Part shown: in pieces, positions 1-13,552 of the stretch | Layout of the letters: each line of letters opens with the position of its first letter | Position numbering within the stretch: position 1 is the stretch's first letter | NCBI RefSeq assembly: GCF_037042905.1 | Contig: NC_087245.1 | Coordinates: forward strand, 16,184,001 to 16,248,000 | DNA: 64,000 nt | Direction of reading: 5' to 3' | DNA from: Lytechinus pictus | Lineage: Eukaryota | Position numbers and translations under genes: made by a program | The notes under the pieces: generated by a model | What the model saw: the letters and a program-made list of their open reading frames with translations, nothing else | What the model was told of the DNA's origin: nothing | The model's database searches: none

Positions 1-552
1 TTGATATTCAGATCAGAAAAATTGTCATTTTAAGGACTGATTTTAGGAGTTCATGAAGAGCAGAAATCTCACCAATCCACTAATGCGAACGTTAGCACGG
101 ACAGGAAATGTTTTATATTAAGACCTTAAAATAGGGCAATCACTTTAAGTAGTCATGAAAAAGAAGAATATGTCACTACATAAAACAATAATAACTCGAA
201 TTGCGAGGAAAAATATATTTGTTGTATTTGAAAACGGGAGGTTTTAGTACAACATGATTATATATCTCGTTAAACAGTCTATACGAGTACCAGGAACAAT
301 GAAGACACAATGAAGCAAATAATGTTTCATAAAGTTATGAAAAAATGCTTCTTATATGTAATATAACACAATATAATATAACAGTATAATGAACAATAAT
401 ATATTCTTTCCGGCCCACTACGTTTCTCTTTCTTTTTCCCTCTTTTTCTCCTTTTCCCCGTTTTTTTTTGGCCAGTCGATTGGGGGGGGGGGGACACGTG
501 CCCCCCCGTGCCCCTCCCCCCATGCCCCCCCCCCCCCCGTAATACGCCACTG
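1..552. mobile_element. Right end of a non-autonomous DNA transposon (hAT-like CAGTGGCG terminus)
   Basis: Ends in G/C homopolymer blocks and cgtaatacgccactg (reverse complement CAGTGGCGTA). The left end is outside the window. Confidence 0.45.
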
Positions 553-1743
553 GGACTTGGTTTGTCTACCATCAAAATGTTTCAACGAAATGAAATATTT
601 CTTGATGGGGCAGGGACGTGATCGGGAGAAGTATGTATATAGAATGGGCGCCCTCAGTAGCCTAATGTTGGTAATGTTAACATTTGTAAAAACTTTGCAT
701 GATGATTTTGTACAAATAAATGATTAACATGATTAAATGAACAGGATTAAATAAATGAAATGAGATTAGTGAATTTTAGTTTATATTTTCAACCCCTCAT
801 AGTTTTTACTGCTATTCGTCTCATTTGATATCACAGTAATACATTATAATGCGTTCGGATAATCTGGTCAAAGCTTACTATAGACTTATATCGATTTATT
901 CTGTTATTGGTAAGTTTCATGTTGATCTGGCTAACACGTATTTACTGATATTTCGATAATGAATAAATCAATAAATGACAACAAATGCATGCATTCATAC
1001 CTAAATTAATCAGTAAATAGATTAATCAATCAATTAGTTATTGAGTAATTACTTATTTTGATAAATCATCATTGAAGAAGAAATATATAATGATCGAAGA
1101 ATTAAAAATTGAATTAATTTGTTCCCCAGCTATATTTCTGAGCTTTTACAAAGAAAAGTTCACAGACACATTCACAACCTGCGCAGTTCTCATGATAATT
1201 CGCTCCTTCACATCCCACTCATAATACAAAGATAACTTTGGGAGATCGTGCTTTTGCCTGTGCAGCCCGAAAATTATGAATGGTTTGTCATAATAGTATA
1301 TAATAAGATCCTGTCCATTAGTAGAAACGTTCAAACCTTAACTAAAAACCTATCTGTTCAAATAATTGCCATACATTTCGTTTTCCCCTTTTCTAAATAT
1401 GTTCTCAAGCATGCATATATGCACATAGTTTTTGCGCTTTAAAATCCGTATATTACCAGTATATTATTCTTAAAAGAAAAAAATAGAAAGTCGATAATTC
1501 ATTTTCTATGGAAATTAAATTCGCATTAAAGCAGTGGTGTTTTCTCGTTCTTCTTATTTCCTTTAAATTTCCCTTTTCTAACTTTCGTTTGATTTACTGT
1601 TCTTCCTTAATATTATTTTATTCATTTGCTTCCCACTTTTTCTCCCTCACTGCCTTTGCTTTCCCTAATAACAAAATTTGCAGTCAATAAAACTATTGAA
1701 GGAAAAACCTTTAGTGCTTGGATGTTTCGTTTGGTCGCATTAT

Positions 1744-2010
1744 GGGTGCGTCGTGATCCGGTGGTTCTGACTCTCGCCTTTCAAACAGAGGGTCGTGGGT
1801 TCGAATCCTAGCCATGGCGTGTTCTCCTTCAGCAAGAAATTTATCCACACTGGGCTGCACTCCACCCAGGTGAGGTGAATGGGTACCCAGCAGGATTAAT
1901 TCTTTAAATGCACTGAGTGTCGGTAGCTAAATTCAAGCTAAAGCCGGGCTAATAATAGCAAGTGCTTTGTATCCTCGGGCAAAAAACGCTATATATCTAA
2001 TCCAGCTGTC
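1744..2010 (+). mobile_element. tRNA-derived SINE
   Basis: tRNA-like head with an A-box-like tgatccggtgg and B-box GGTTCGAATCC (1798-1808), a central domain (gctgcactccacccaggtgaggtgaatgggtacc) and an (ATT)n tail. Confidence 0.8.
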
Positions 2011-2112
2011 ATTATTATTATTATTATTGTTGTTATTATTATCATTATTATTATTATTATTATCATCATCATCATTATCATCATCATCATCTGATTCATC
2101 ATCATCATCAAC
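2009..2112. repeat. (ATT)n/(ATC)n microsatellite forming the SINE tail
   Basis: Directly visible trinucleotide runs. Confidence 0.9.
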
Positions 2113-2929
2113 ATTGTATGGAGAAAAAATAAAAAAGAGGAACTAAACAGTATTTTCATCGAATCTTGATCATTAATGTGTTTATTTAATTTTCCGTTTT
2201 AATCATGTTTATTAAGACCAACCTGACGTCACATGGTGGGCTCTGATTGCGAAGTGGAGATAGAAAATGTGGGATGATAATATTCGAAATATCAAATGAA
2301 AATATTCATGATAATATGCTATACCAGCTGGCCCCCATTAAAATCATACACAATGATTTTGACGTTGCCCTCAATGCTAATTGCACTCACTCAACTTTTG
2401 CACTCTTCGATTATAATTATAGTAACTGTCAAGAATACTTCGCACCTATTAATGATCGTTAGTCATTTAAGGTGAAATTATTTTCTATACGTCACATCGG
2501 AAACCTACGTCATCGATATTTACTCCATCATATTGGAACCCAATCAAAAATTGACTCAGTCAATGGGCTCACCTTGACTTCTCAGAAACAGAGCTATCTG
2601 ACTTCTTATAACAGTGCCCCATCAATAAGGAGGCCTATAGGCCTACACATACTGTTCATGCTTTCTGAATATTGAAAAGATCCGGTATGAGGCTATCCCA
2701 GGTATTCTTTTCATGGGGGAGGAAGAGGAGGCATGTAGGGTTGTCTAACAACCGAAATGTTATTGAATAAATTGATGACAATGATGTGGATATACTGCTG
2801 AATCTACCTGTATATACGATTTAACTATAACCAACTGGGTGAAATATGAAATAAAATAATTATGTTATTTACAAAATTAATCTAAAAAAGATAGATTCCT
2901 TCCAAGATCATGAAGAATTGTAATATACT

Positions 2930-3639
2930 GCTGGGGTGATCCAGCTTTTTTACGATGGTGGGGGGGGGGGGTATTTTCATCCACATTTTCCCTGATTGGC
3001 TGCTCTAAGAGCTAATGATATTCAAACGCGAAGCACGAGTTGATAGTTTTGGATATTTCACTTAGATTCATATTTTGAAAATGGAACGCTATGAGCACTC
3101 ATCATGAACAAAATGAGCGCGAAGCACAAGGATGATAATGTATAGGCCTATGCCTACTGACCTGAAAAGGGGACATTTTAAGACCTATTTGCGAGACTGG
3201 TTTAGAATATAAATATCTCATGAATCAGACAATGCGAACACAAAGCGCGAATTCTGATCTAAAAACGTGTTATTGCAAGCATTTTTTATTATGAGGAACA
3301 TGATGTGCATCTCATCAAAGAAACATTCGAGCTAAAATGTTTTTTAAATATTTTTTTAGTAACTCTATTTTAGGGACCCATGATTAGGGACCTCATTAAT
3401 CGAACTTCGATCCGATCATTAGCCGATTCTTGCCCTTCTCTTTTTTTCTTTCCCACTTTTATTTCTCCTTTCCCCTCCTTATATCTTTTCCCTTTTCTTT
3501 CTTCCCTTCTTATTTTTTCTATATTTCTTCTTTCTCGATTCTCCGTTTTCCTTTCTTTGCGCCTCCCGGCAAAAAATGTTTATATTATGGGGGCGTACGC
3601 GTGCGGCGCCCCTCCCCCTTCCCCCTGGATCCACCTATG
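2930..3639. mobile_element. Degraded non-autonomous DNA transposon
   Basis: Imperfect inverted ends ggggtgatccag / ctggatccacct, G and C tracts near the ends, and repeated gcgaagcac/gcgcga motifs similar to the element at 1-552. Confidence 0.45.
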
Positions 3640-4333
3640 GTAGGCCTATTGTGATTAAGTTCACGATCAGTTGATGATTGTTTCCTTCTTGGCACAAAAA
3701 CAATAATAGGGCCTAAAGGGAATTTTTTTTTTTTTTAGATGATTGAAAATGAGCGAAAATGTGAAATTTGATATTTGATTTTTGTTTTAAGTTCGATTTT
3801 GTTACATTAATTGTTTTAGCAATAACAGGTGTAACTCTTCTTGTACAAATCAATTTTCTGTTACGGAAGAACAGAACACTCCTGTAGAAATAGGCAAAAA
3901 AAAGGAATTCAAAATAAATCTACTTGGGAAGGGGTCCCCGTTAACCTATCACCCTCCTTCTCGAAATTTTGACAATGCACACTCTGTTTGGAAGCCTGAC
4001 CATGCTGACAATGCAAGCATAAAAATGCCTGATTGCTCAGACTATCCAATAATTTGGGCATTCCCCTATTTGGGATGTTTCCCATTTCCGTCATATCATC
4101 GATAAAAGAGTTTCATTGAAGACATGCCTTCTAAAATTCTGCGGTTCGTTTCGAAGGTGAAGTTTTTGACAGCTGTAACTGGACATATTTCAGGGTTAAA
4201 ATACTGATGCATCTGCAAGTAATAAAAGATTTTGACCGCAATAAAGCGGGTTGATGCTCATGAACCCTGTTAAAAGAAAGTAAAACGTGTTATCGCTTTT
4301 CTAACAATGTCAATGCTTTTTTACTCTGCTCAG

Positions 4334-4586
4334 GAACATCGGTAAAGAGCGGTCTTCAGCAGGCCCGAGGCAAACCAACCCGCCAGCTGTCGCTCCAGTC
4401 ACCCGAGGAGACGTGCCCACCGATCTTTCAAAGGCATATCGGAGACAAGCGGCTCAGGGAAGGGGAGTGTTTTAGCCTGGAATGCGCCGTACTGGGTCAC
4501 CCGAAACCTAGCATCAAATGGTTTCATAATGGACTCAGGATTTCAGAGAGGTTAGGTGAACGAGAAATACAAACCAGGGGCAAAAA
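4334..4586 (+). CDS. Coding exon A of Ig/FN3 muscle-type protein (titin/obscurin/SPEG/MLCK-like); N-terminal half of Ig domain 1
   Basis: Acceptor ctaac...ttttttactctgctcag|GA, donor AA|gtaagtt. Reads TSVKSGLQQARGKPTRQLSLQSPEETCPPIFQRHIGDKRLREGECFSLECAVLGHPKPSIKWFHNGLRISERLGEREIQTRGK, with I-set motifs PPxF, CxVxGxPxPxIxW. Not in the ORF track because there is no in-frame start. Confidence 0.9.
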
Positions 4587-5103
4587 GTAAGTTATCTGTC
4601 ATGAAGTTACGTGTTGTGAGTTGATTGACCATCAATATGGACTGAATCATGGAGTAGCTAGAGGGTATCACTTTCACAATAACGTAACTAGTAAGCCTAA
4701 CAAATGAATCTGTTGCTTCAATCATAGCCTCAGCTCAGAGGCCAGGGAGTATATTTTTTTTCTATGCTACAACCTGTAAATAAACAATTTTTTTTACAGT
4801 GCTTTTTAATTGAACTAATCAATCATAGTATTTGCTCAGGTAGAGGATGCAGATACTAACTTGTTGATAATTAAAATATGTTTGTATAATTCAGCAGTGC
4901 TTATTGTTTGTAATTTGTAACTTTGTAACTTTTTTATATGAAAATATCATGATCGTATTTTATACCCCTTGTGATGCATCACAATAGTGTGAATTCAAAT
5001 GAAGAAATATTAATATTCTTAATCATCAATAATACCTGGAGACTAGACCTGAGATAAGTTTATTGATTAGCATCAGTAGGTTAACCCCTTTTCTTTTAGA
5101 ACA

Positions 5104-5611
5104 CCCGGGGGGGGGGGGGGTGATATATGCCACAGTAAAGACCCCCATTTTCAACCTAAATTTCTGTTCTCCAATTGGGAAAACCATAGAGATTAATATT
5201 TTTCCTGTCTTGGAGACCCTCAAATTTAGGGTTCCTTGTTCCAGTGCATGCCCATTATCAACTTCTTAGCAGGTTGGCTTGGCGAGCTTGTTTGGCGCCG
5301 GGCCGGCCCCCAAAGCTTCCCGTGCCGCGAGCAGGACTTAGCACTAGCCCGATCGACAAAATCGGTATGAACATGACATGCACGCTTTATACCCACTGCA
5401 GATGTTTTGGCTGGAGACCACCATTTTTTGATGAGGTTATAATTTCAGAATATTGCATTCTGAGCAATCCTTGACCCAAGAGTAGTTCCAGGGATCCCCA
5501 TTTTTTAGACCAAGGATTAGTTTTAGATTTTAGAGCCTTGCCCCCATTTTTTATTTTGGTCTGGCACATAGGTATCATGTAATAATTTGAGTAGGCCTCC
5601 CCCCCCCCGAG
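5104..5611. mobile_element. MITE with CCCG(G)n...(C)nGAG termini
   Basis: Begins cccggggggggggggg and ends ccccccccccgag, with a GC-richer interior. No clear TSD. Confidence 0.5.
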
Positions 5612-7619
5612 CACTTTCAAAGCAAGGATTGAATTTTTAGGGATGTGGAAGAGAGCTACAAAGCTAACACCATGTTCACACTTACAAGCCTTATGTTTGT
5701 AGGTCAAGGCCTCTTTCCACAAGGGCACATTTATATATTACAGCGCTAGTGGGAAAATTACCAAGTGGTTACTGTATGGCAGTAAAAAAAATGGGTAGTC
5801 CAGGGGTGAACGGATGTAGTGGATGAAAATGAAAGCCACAAGTTCTGGGGTTCAAATCTCCTATGGCAGCACCAGCTATCTCTGGCAAGTCACTTTCCAA
5901 TGGATTTTCAATAGGAAGTCGGTAGACTACGAGGGAAGCATCATTTTTTTGTTCTAAGAAATTTGAGAACTCCCCAGGGAGTGGAGATTGTGCATATGTG
6001 TGTCAAGGGCAGTGGTACAATAGCCTATGTGGAAAGAGCTTTATCGTTCAGCCCTTGATCATCTATAATGTTAAAAAGAAAATGAATATATCTAAAGATA
6101 ATGCAATTTTCCTTGAAATAAATATTGCAAAAAATAGTGCTTTAACCTTAAAGACTGGTTGATTTTGCTGTATACATGCATTCTCCAATAGATCCCAGAC
6201 CGCATACACAGATTCGGTCTTCAATAGATTAAAGAACAAGTGGAGAGTGAAAGATTTCTCATTTATAGCATCATTTTACAGGATGATTGGAATGATAATA
6301 ATTGCCAAAGAAGGCGCTGTATGAAGACACCTTTATCCTCTTACTATAGGTCATTGGTATGGTTGTGTGTTAAAATGTAGTCTCACTGTGAATCTGTTGA
6401 TGTTTTTTTTAATTCCATAGCAACATGATTATTGGGAAAAAAATTATGAAGTGGCAGATTCAAAGACTTGTTTTATGACCATTTAAATAAAAGCTATTTT
6501 TTAATTCTCTGTTGAGATTTTATTTTTCTCTTGAAAGTGAAAGGCTAAAAGAAAATGATGTTTTGGAAAGAGAGAGAAAGAGAGATGTCTTGCTACTAGA
6601 CTAATCCTGAGTGATAGGAGCAGTTGTCAGTTAATCATGACCTTGTATGTTAGACTCTATAAATGATGTGTAGGGTCCTATGTAGGGTTAACACAAATAA
6701 TAATCATTACCCTGATAGGAAATGTGTATAGGAGTAGAAGTGGTATGGATTGATAACCCTAGCCGTGGGATGGCTCTCCTGAGAGATAAGTTCTGGTCAT
6801 GATAGATGGAATTCTACCAGAGGAAATGTCTAAATGTGACTGAAAATGTTTAATTGTTATGCACTGAAAAATCATTCTGTGCTGTAATTCAGCACCTTGG
6901 TAGTCTGCTGAAGTAGCATTTACTGAATGTGAATGCACTTTTATCAGAAATAAACTCTGTTCTGCTGAGAGTCATGTGCAATTACTCCAGAATTTATGGA
7001 TATGGATGTGCCATTGCTCTTCAATGTACTTTCCAGACACTGTCCCTATCATTTCTGAGTAATTGGTGTATTTATTGACGACTATATTGTTTAATTTCAG
7101 TTTGTTTTGTAGTCGTTTCCAGCAGATACTTGGTTAACTATGCTTGGTTCATTAAGCTCTGTTTGAGGTATTCACTGGGTGTATTATGATCACCAAGCTG
7201 CAGTCTGCTGATCCTCAAAGATGCAGAGGGTGATGTGTGTTGTAGGTTATAGACCTTGGACACCAATTGAGTGTCTTAATTGCATAGATCATCTAAAAGG
7301 AAAACAAAATGACATTTCTCTGTTTCCATGTTCCTTTCATGTATATCCATTCACATCACAGAGTCCATTGCCTGAGAAAGAGAATTCCTTCACTAGTTGG
7401 CAATGGCTTAGGGTTGCCTTATCACCGGTAGTCGCTTTCTGCTGACAAAGTGCACAGTACCAAAGCTGCAAAATAAAATGCTCTGTTAACTTGTGCATAG
7501 TCTCTTAACAGTTTTTCAACAATAAAACATATAACAACTTTATTTTGCTTGGCCTTGTTACTTTAACTTAGACCTCTAGGAAGAACAGAGCCATTGTCTT
7601 CTGTTATAAGAATGAGCAA

Positions 7620-8746
7620 TAAACCCCTTTAATGCCCATGTAGTTCTCGCTACGTCAAAGAAAAATGACCATGAACTGTTATTGACGTAGCATAGTCTGC
7701 ATGATCTCCGGAGACCCATTTTGAACATTTTGATTTTGAAATTCCATGTTGCAGGAGTGCCGTCTGCTCCAACGACGTAGCATATAGACGTGATGTAACA
7801 GGAAAATGTAGCAACAACTCTGTCCATGTCTACTGCGTGGCCACCACACATATTCAGTTGTCGCTACATCCTACAAAACCAGATAAAGTTCCCACTACAT
7901 TGTTAAAATTCAGAAGAAAACGTAGGATGCAGCGCCAACTTCATTTGATTTTCTAAAAAAAAATTGAAATTGTCAAGTGCATGCTACTTCCGCGCAATGT
8001 CCTTGCGAAATTCCGACTAGGATTATTATGCACGCAGAAGCGCTTAAACGGTTCTCGTTACGCTCTGCCCTACATCCAGCGGATTGCATGATTTTTGTAC
8101 CCTTGTGTATGTGGACATGTATGTAGCTCCAACTGAGTGTGCATGGTGACCGCACAGTGGTCACGTAGTAGCAGTACAGTAGAAATGGACAGAGGTTTTG
8201 CCACACTCTTACAGTGTCCACTTTATCTATGCTATGTCAATGGAGTTGTTAGTAAGCTGCTGTGTCATTAGTACGTACTATTCAGACGACGCTCCCGCTA
8301 GGTGGACTTAGGACATGATCAAAGACCATGTGGTGGAAAATGAGAATGTGGAAATCTTGCAGACTGAGCCAAGTCAAGAAAAGTTCTCGCTATGCTCTCA
8401 ATATGCTGTAGTATACGCAGCGATAACTGCCTGGACGTAGTGTTGGTGTAATGGGGGTATCAGTTGGCGCTACATCCAAATAGACGAGTTACAGCAAGTC
8501 ATGTAAGCTGCTGGATGTAGTCAGAACATAGCGGGAACCTTTTTGACGTAGTATGAACTGCTTCTACGTGCAGAATAAACATGCGCTCATGCAGCATAAA
8601 CATTCACAAAAACATGGTGTGGACGTAGCACGCTCATGAAAATTTCACATCTTTCGTAAAAATAAAATGAAGTTGGCTCCATGTCCTAGGTTTCTTCTGA
8701 ACTTCAAGAATGTAGCGGGAACTACATCTGGTGTAAAGGGGGTATT
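7620..8746. mobile_element. Composite non-autonomous TIR element
   Basis: Left acccctttaatgcccatgtagttctcgctac versus reverse complement of the right end acccccttacaccagatgtagttcccgctac. Internal ~75-bp inverted repeat 7877-7953/8660-8734 and many ctac/gtag motifs. Confidence 0.6.
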
Positions 8747-10466
8747 AAGTAGTGAACCATACATGTCAGATCCCTAAATAAGTACATGAAAATTTACTGT
8801 AGGAAGATGAAATTTAATATTGTCAAAAAAAATGTGAGGTAAACACCAAGCTATCTTCACCAATTTACAATGATTCGTTGAAAAATTATGATCTGTCATC
8901 AAGGTTACGTCGGTGATTCCATATACCTTCCCGTAGACAGTTTTGGCTTTTGCCTGAGAGATGACACTTGGTCTGAATATATAGACAAGTTCTTTACCTG
9001 GCAAGGTATATAACATGATGTTTAGACATGGATTCCAGTGAAGCCCCTATAAACTGGCTGCAAGCTATTTGCCCAGGTCTTTGTGCTCAGGCATGCTGTC
9101 TCTTAAAGGAACATTGTTCAATATACATGTACCAGAATTTGTATGTTTGACCAAGGTTGAGGTTTGTGTCCAGAATTCCAGTTCATCCTGTCTTTAGTTT
9201 TGGCGTCTTGATTATTAGCCTCTATTTGGGATACTAGGGCGCATAGCTGACTCCACCCTAGTAAGATGTTAACACTAAAGAAGTTGCTAGTCAAAAGGTC
9301 TACAGCAGGGGTTCTCAAACTTTTTCTTTGAAGGGCCAGATGAGACTCCAAGTAAACTTGAAAGGGCCAGCGTGAAGTGGATACTTAGAAAAAAATGTGC
9401 GCGAAGCGCAAAAACCCCTGCGGTCGGGGTCCTAAATGCCCCCTTGTGCAATCTGGCCCTTATTTTGGGAGCATTTAATCTAACAAATTTATAACAGTTT
9501 CATATGGAACGCAGGCAAAATTAGAAAAGATTTCAAAATACAGCGAGAGTCAATATTAATGATAACAAATTGTAGTACTTTAAAACATATTAAAAGGAAT
9601 CTAGATAGTATATTTACATACCTGGTATTGCGGAGACAGATAATGTCTTGAAGTATCAATATTTTTTGTAGTCAAAGTAAAATGAATAATAGACCATGTC
9701 TGTTGTAGACTATAACAAGGATATCAGTCTCCTAGTCACTTTTAATATGGGAAATTTGACAGTCTGTCAGCAACAAGTTGCATGAACCTTGGCACAAAAG
9801 GTGTAATTGCCAGACGAAGGCACTGGTGCAAATGTTCACTGGTCAAGCAGGGGCCGTGAAAGGGGGGGGGGGGGCTGTCCCCCCCTTTTTCAAAAACCAT
9901 GTACAAAAAAGTAAAAATGACCATATGATTGTGATTGTGACCTAATAATCCTTACTGTTATACACTGTACGGTCTAGATAAGACTTGTTTACTAATGATC
10001 CAGATCATCCAGATTTAAGGATATTTTTTCTCTGGAAAACCTAGTAATAAGGCATCAATTTAGCCTTTTGTAATAAATTTCAATTAAAAATTACCATAGT
10101 TGGAATGCATTTTGCATACATTATGTGTTGCTATGCCTAGCAAGTTTCAGTTTGTCATGAATAGTCTTTGCTTTGTATGCATAATCATGACTGTTGAGCA
10201 AGCATGTGATGTTTTGTGACAATGCATCTTTAAACATCCGGAGTGCTCCATCATGCTCAAGTACTGTGAGCTGCATTACAGCAAACTTCATGTATGTTTC
10301 AAGTGAAAATAAACATGGGTATAATGGTCTGCATTCATAGTATGTGATCACCTAGTTGCTTCAGAGTTGGAGGAAACTAAGGAGCTGCATGGTATCTGTA
10401 ATAGACAAAATGCCAAATGAAGTTCAGATGACAGTTATCTAAAAAAAATACATTAAGTTGTGTATG

Positions 10467-10758
10467 TAATGCTAGGAGTCCACTGGGCGGCGCCAGTTGA
10501 CGCCCAATGCGCGCCATTGCAAAGTGGCTATGGTGCCTTGTGTCACCAGTGGCATGCAGTGACTTGAACTGCCTCTCAACTGGCGTGTAACATTGCCCAA
10601 AATTTAATTTGGCGACGTTACGCGCCACTACGTACCAATTGGGAGGCAGTTTGTGCCACTAGGCACCTTATTGGTGATGCCACAGCCATAAATATTTTTT
10701 TTCCATAGCCGCTTTGCATTGGCGCAAACTGGCGCCACGCAGTGGACTCCTAGCATTA
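10467..10758. mobile_element. MITE with ~45-bp TIRs
   Basis: taatgctaggagtccactgggcggcgccagtt... versus ...aactggcgccacgcagtggactcctagcatta. The outer 19 bp form a perfect inverted repeat. Confidence 0.85.
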
Positions 10759-10776
10759 GGGAACATTACTTTCAAA

Positions 10777-11720
10777 ATTCAATTCAATTCAAATTCAATT
10801 AATGCTTGATAATAATAAAAAACATCATCAAATTGTACATTCGTATATAGAAATATCATTACAAGAAAAGGAGGGCAACAAAAAGTTTACACTTGAAAAT
10901 AAGAAGCCTCCAAAGAATACAGTAATTAATATATGTACACATCAGATGAAGAGGGGGGGGGGGGAGCGAAACATGCTCATTCACACACAGACACATCCAC
11001 CGAGAAACATCGTCATCATCACACACAAAAGCACACCCGAACATCCCTCATCTTGGTTCATTCATTAACAAAAATAATACATGTATAAATGAGGTGAGTT
11101 TGAATTCAAATTAGGAATAGGTACTAATAATGATCTTTTTGAGTTTGCATTTGCATCTGGGAGTGAGAGAAACAAAGACAGATATAAAGCGACGGAAAAT
11201 AATCATATGAACAACAAACTAAGCCAACAACAATAATGTCAGTGCTTGCATTCCCTTTCTCCTTTTTTTTCTCTAGCTACACCTCAGGACGAAATTAAGC
11301 CCAAAATACAAAATTAAGTGTGAGTAAAAAAAAAGAATACTTTTGTTGAAGAATATGTTACATTTCTTTTTTAAGAAGATAAAGAGGATATGTCTTAGAT
11401 TGGAAATGAAGTTCTAAAATTATAATTGGATGACAGTTGGGATAAGTGGGAAAGATAATATTCATAATGCTGAGTGAGTGTAGAATGAAGAAATCTTCAC
11501 AAAAAGTTGCCTTTCAAAGTAATTGAACATTCTTTAATTAATTATTTTTTTGTTCTTAAATTTTCTGTTCTTATATTTTAATGAAAGTTTAATCCATGGC
11601 TTTTGAAGAACTCTACCATTTGGGAGGGCAATCTTGCTATCCTTTTTCATGAGAGAATTGCACTTTTTCATAGATGTAGTTTATCATTGCTCTTTTAAGT
11701 CATTTTTTTCACATGCAACA
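10777..11720 (-). mobile_element. Possible decayed 3' portion of a non-LTR retrotransposon
   Basis: (TTGAA)n-type tail on the minus strand at 10777-10800. Upstream remnants (LKRAMINY...WIK) only loosely resemble an L1/Tx1 ORF2 C-terminus. Confidence 0.3.
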
Positions 11721-12369
11721 ATAGCTGAAAAAGATGTTTTAAACTTAAATTTCCAGCATACACATGCATAGGTAACTGAATACTGAAATTCCATCGATTG
11801 CAAGAGAGATCTCAGTCATGATTCTATGACACAATGGCCTGCTTCTTGTTTGGAGTTCAGTCATGAATTGATTACCTTCCAAATTAACCCATATTATCTG
11901 GGTCAAACTCTGCAATGCAGTCCGGTTTGCACTTGACATGTTCTGAATTGGGAAGAAATCTGTGTTGATCAAAATTTGTTTGAACTCTCTCTCCAAGAGT
12001 TAACACGGGATCACACTTTGCTTTGTGATTTAAAAAATCATATTTGTAATTTTAGCTTCAGAAAATTGATTGAACGTAGCCTTGGTTTAATCTGAACTTA
12101 GATTCAGAGGGAGTTCTCATGAACGGAAAGGGAGGGACTTTGGGGCATTTGATCTATATTAATAGGATGAGATACAGTTTGTAATGCTGGAATGAAAGTG
12201 AAACTAGTTACAAGACGAGCTTGTTCCGAACTCATTGTTCATTCACACTTGGATAATATCCAAATATATTTTTTTCTCTGCTTTCTTGTCATCCCATGTG
12301 AACGTTTAAAAACTTGAGATTTGCAAATAATCATGAGAAAATACTGGAGCAAATGTAAGGCATTATTAA

Positions 12370-12965
12370 AGGTCAAGTCCATCCCAGAAAAATGTTGATT
12401 TGAATAAATGGAGAAAAATCTAACTAGCATAATGATGGAAATTTTCTCAAAATCGGATGTAAAATAAGAAAGTTATGGCATTTTAAAGTTTTGCTTATTT
12501 TTCACAAAACAGTTTTATGCACATGCAAATTAGACAATCGATGTCCCTCACTCAACATTTCTTTTGTTTTTCAAAGTTTGAAATATTATACAATATTTCT
12601 TCTTTTTTTGCATATTTGACAATAAGGACGTACTTGACCGAACCATATAATATTAAAACAATGCTAGTTCCACATGTTCATGGAGGAATTAATCTTTGTT
12701 TCACTTGACAATGAGAAGAAAATTAGAAAATAGAATATTTCATATAATGAAATACATAAGAAATAGTGAGTGGATGACATCATCAGTCTCCTATTTGCAT
12801 ACCAACCAGGATGCGCATATAACTGTTTTGTGAAATTAAAGTGAAATTTTAAAATGTCATTAACTTTGTTATTTAACATCCGATTTTGATGAAACTTTCA
12901 GTGTAATGCTTGTTGGATTTTTCTCTTTTTGTTCAATAAACTCTTTGTTGGGGTGGACTTTTCCT
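12370..12965 (+). mobile_element. TTAA-flanked Kolobok-like MITE, copy A
   Basis: TTAA|AGGTCAAGTCCA...TGGACTTTTCCT|TTAA with long imperfect subterminal inverted repeats. Homologous to the copies at 36513, 41221 and 27128. Confidence 0.85.
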
Positions 12966-13429
12966 TTAAATGATTGTTTGAAGCCTTATGATGCTGTTGT
13001 TTGTGTACAATCTGTCAGGGGTATCAATCATTATGATCCATGTAGGGAAGATATGAGAAGATAGGGTCTCAATATACTTGCACTTCCAATCTTTGACCTG
13101 ACTATACATGAACCCTCAACGAAAAAGTTAACAATGTGAATGGGTCAGTGGACTGGTTCACATGGTATCATATTGACTTTAAGATACAGTAATAGTTTCG
13201 TTCTAAAGCTTTTTTCTTCAAAGTCATGTAACCTTTAAAGAAGAAGTAAGTTCCCTTGCACAAAGTTTTCAATATGGCTCCATCTTGCTTCCTGAACTCG
13301 TTGATTCTGTCACCTCTGAATATCCCAGAATGCATCATTCTTTTCTCTCAAACATTTATTTAAAAAATTATACATGCCAAAATTATTTCAATTTTATTCA
13401 ATGCTACCATTGTATGATATGATAATTAC

Positions 13430-13552
13430 TGTGTTTACACGCTGCATTGGCTCGCGGCGCAGACCCGATAGCCGTTGCAGACTCCGCTCGCGGATTATTG
13501 TGTTCGTTGTGTTTACACGCTGCCCCAGCTCGCGGTGCAGAATCTACTCGCG
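13430..13552. repeat. CpG-rich tandem motif, probably the end fragment of a MITE
   Basis: tgtgtttacacgctgc.....gctcgcgg.gcaga occurs twice, about 78 bp apart. Confidence 0.55.

Noticed and set aside
327..727. ORFs of 71-112 aa
   Set aside because: They arise from G/C homopolymers and T-rich transposon sequence.
1744..1815. tRNA gene
   Set aside because: The cloverleaf is imperfect and runs into a SINE body and simple-repeat tail with no oligo-T terminator.
4124..4156. ATG exon MPSKILRFVSK with AAG|gtgaag as the gene's first exon
   Set aside because: It is phase 0 but the 4334 acceptor needs phase 1. It would fit only a weak internal CAG acceptor near 4360, so the start codon remains unresolved.
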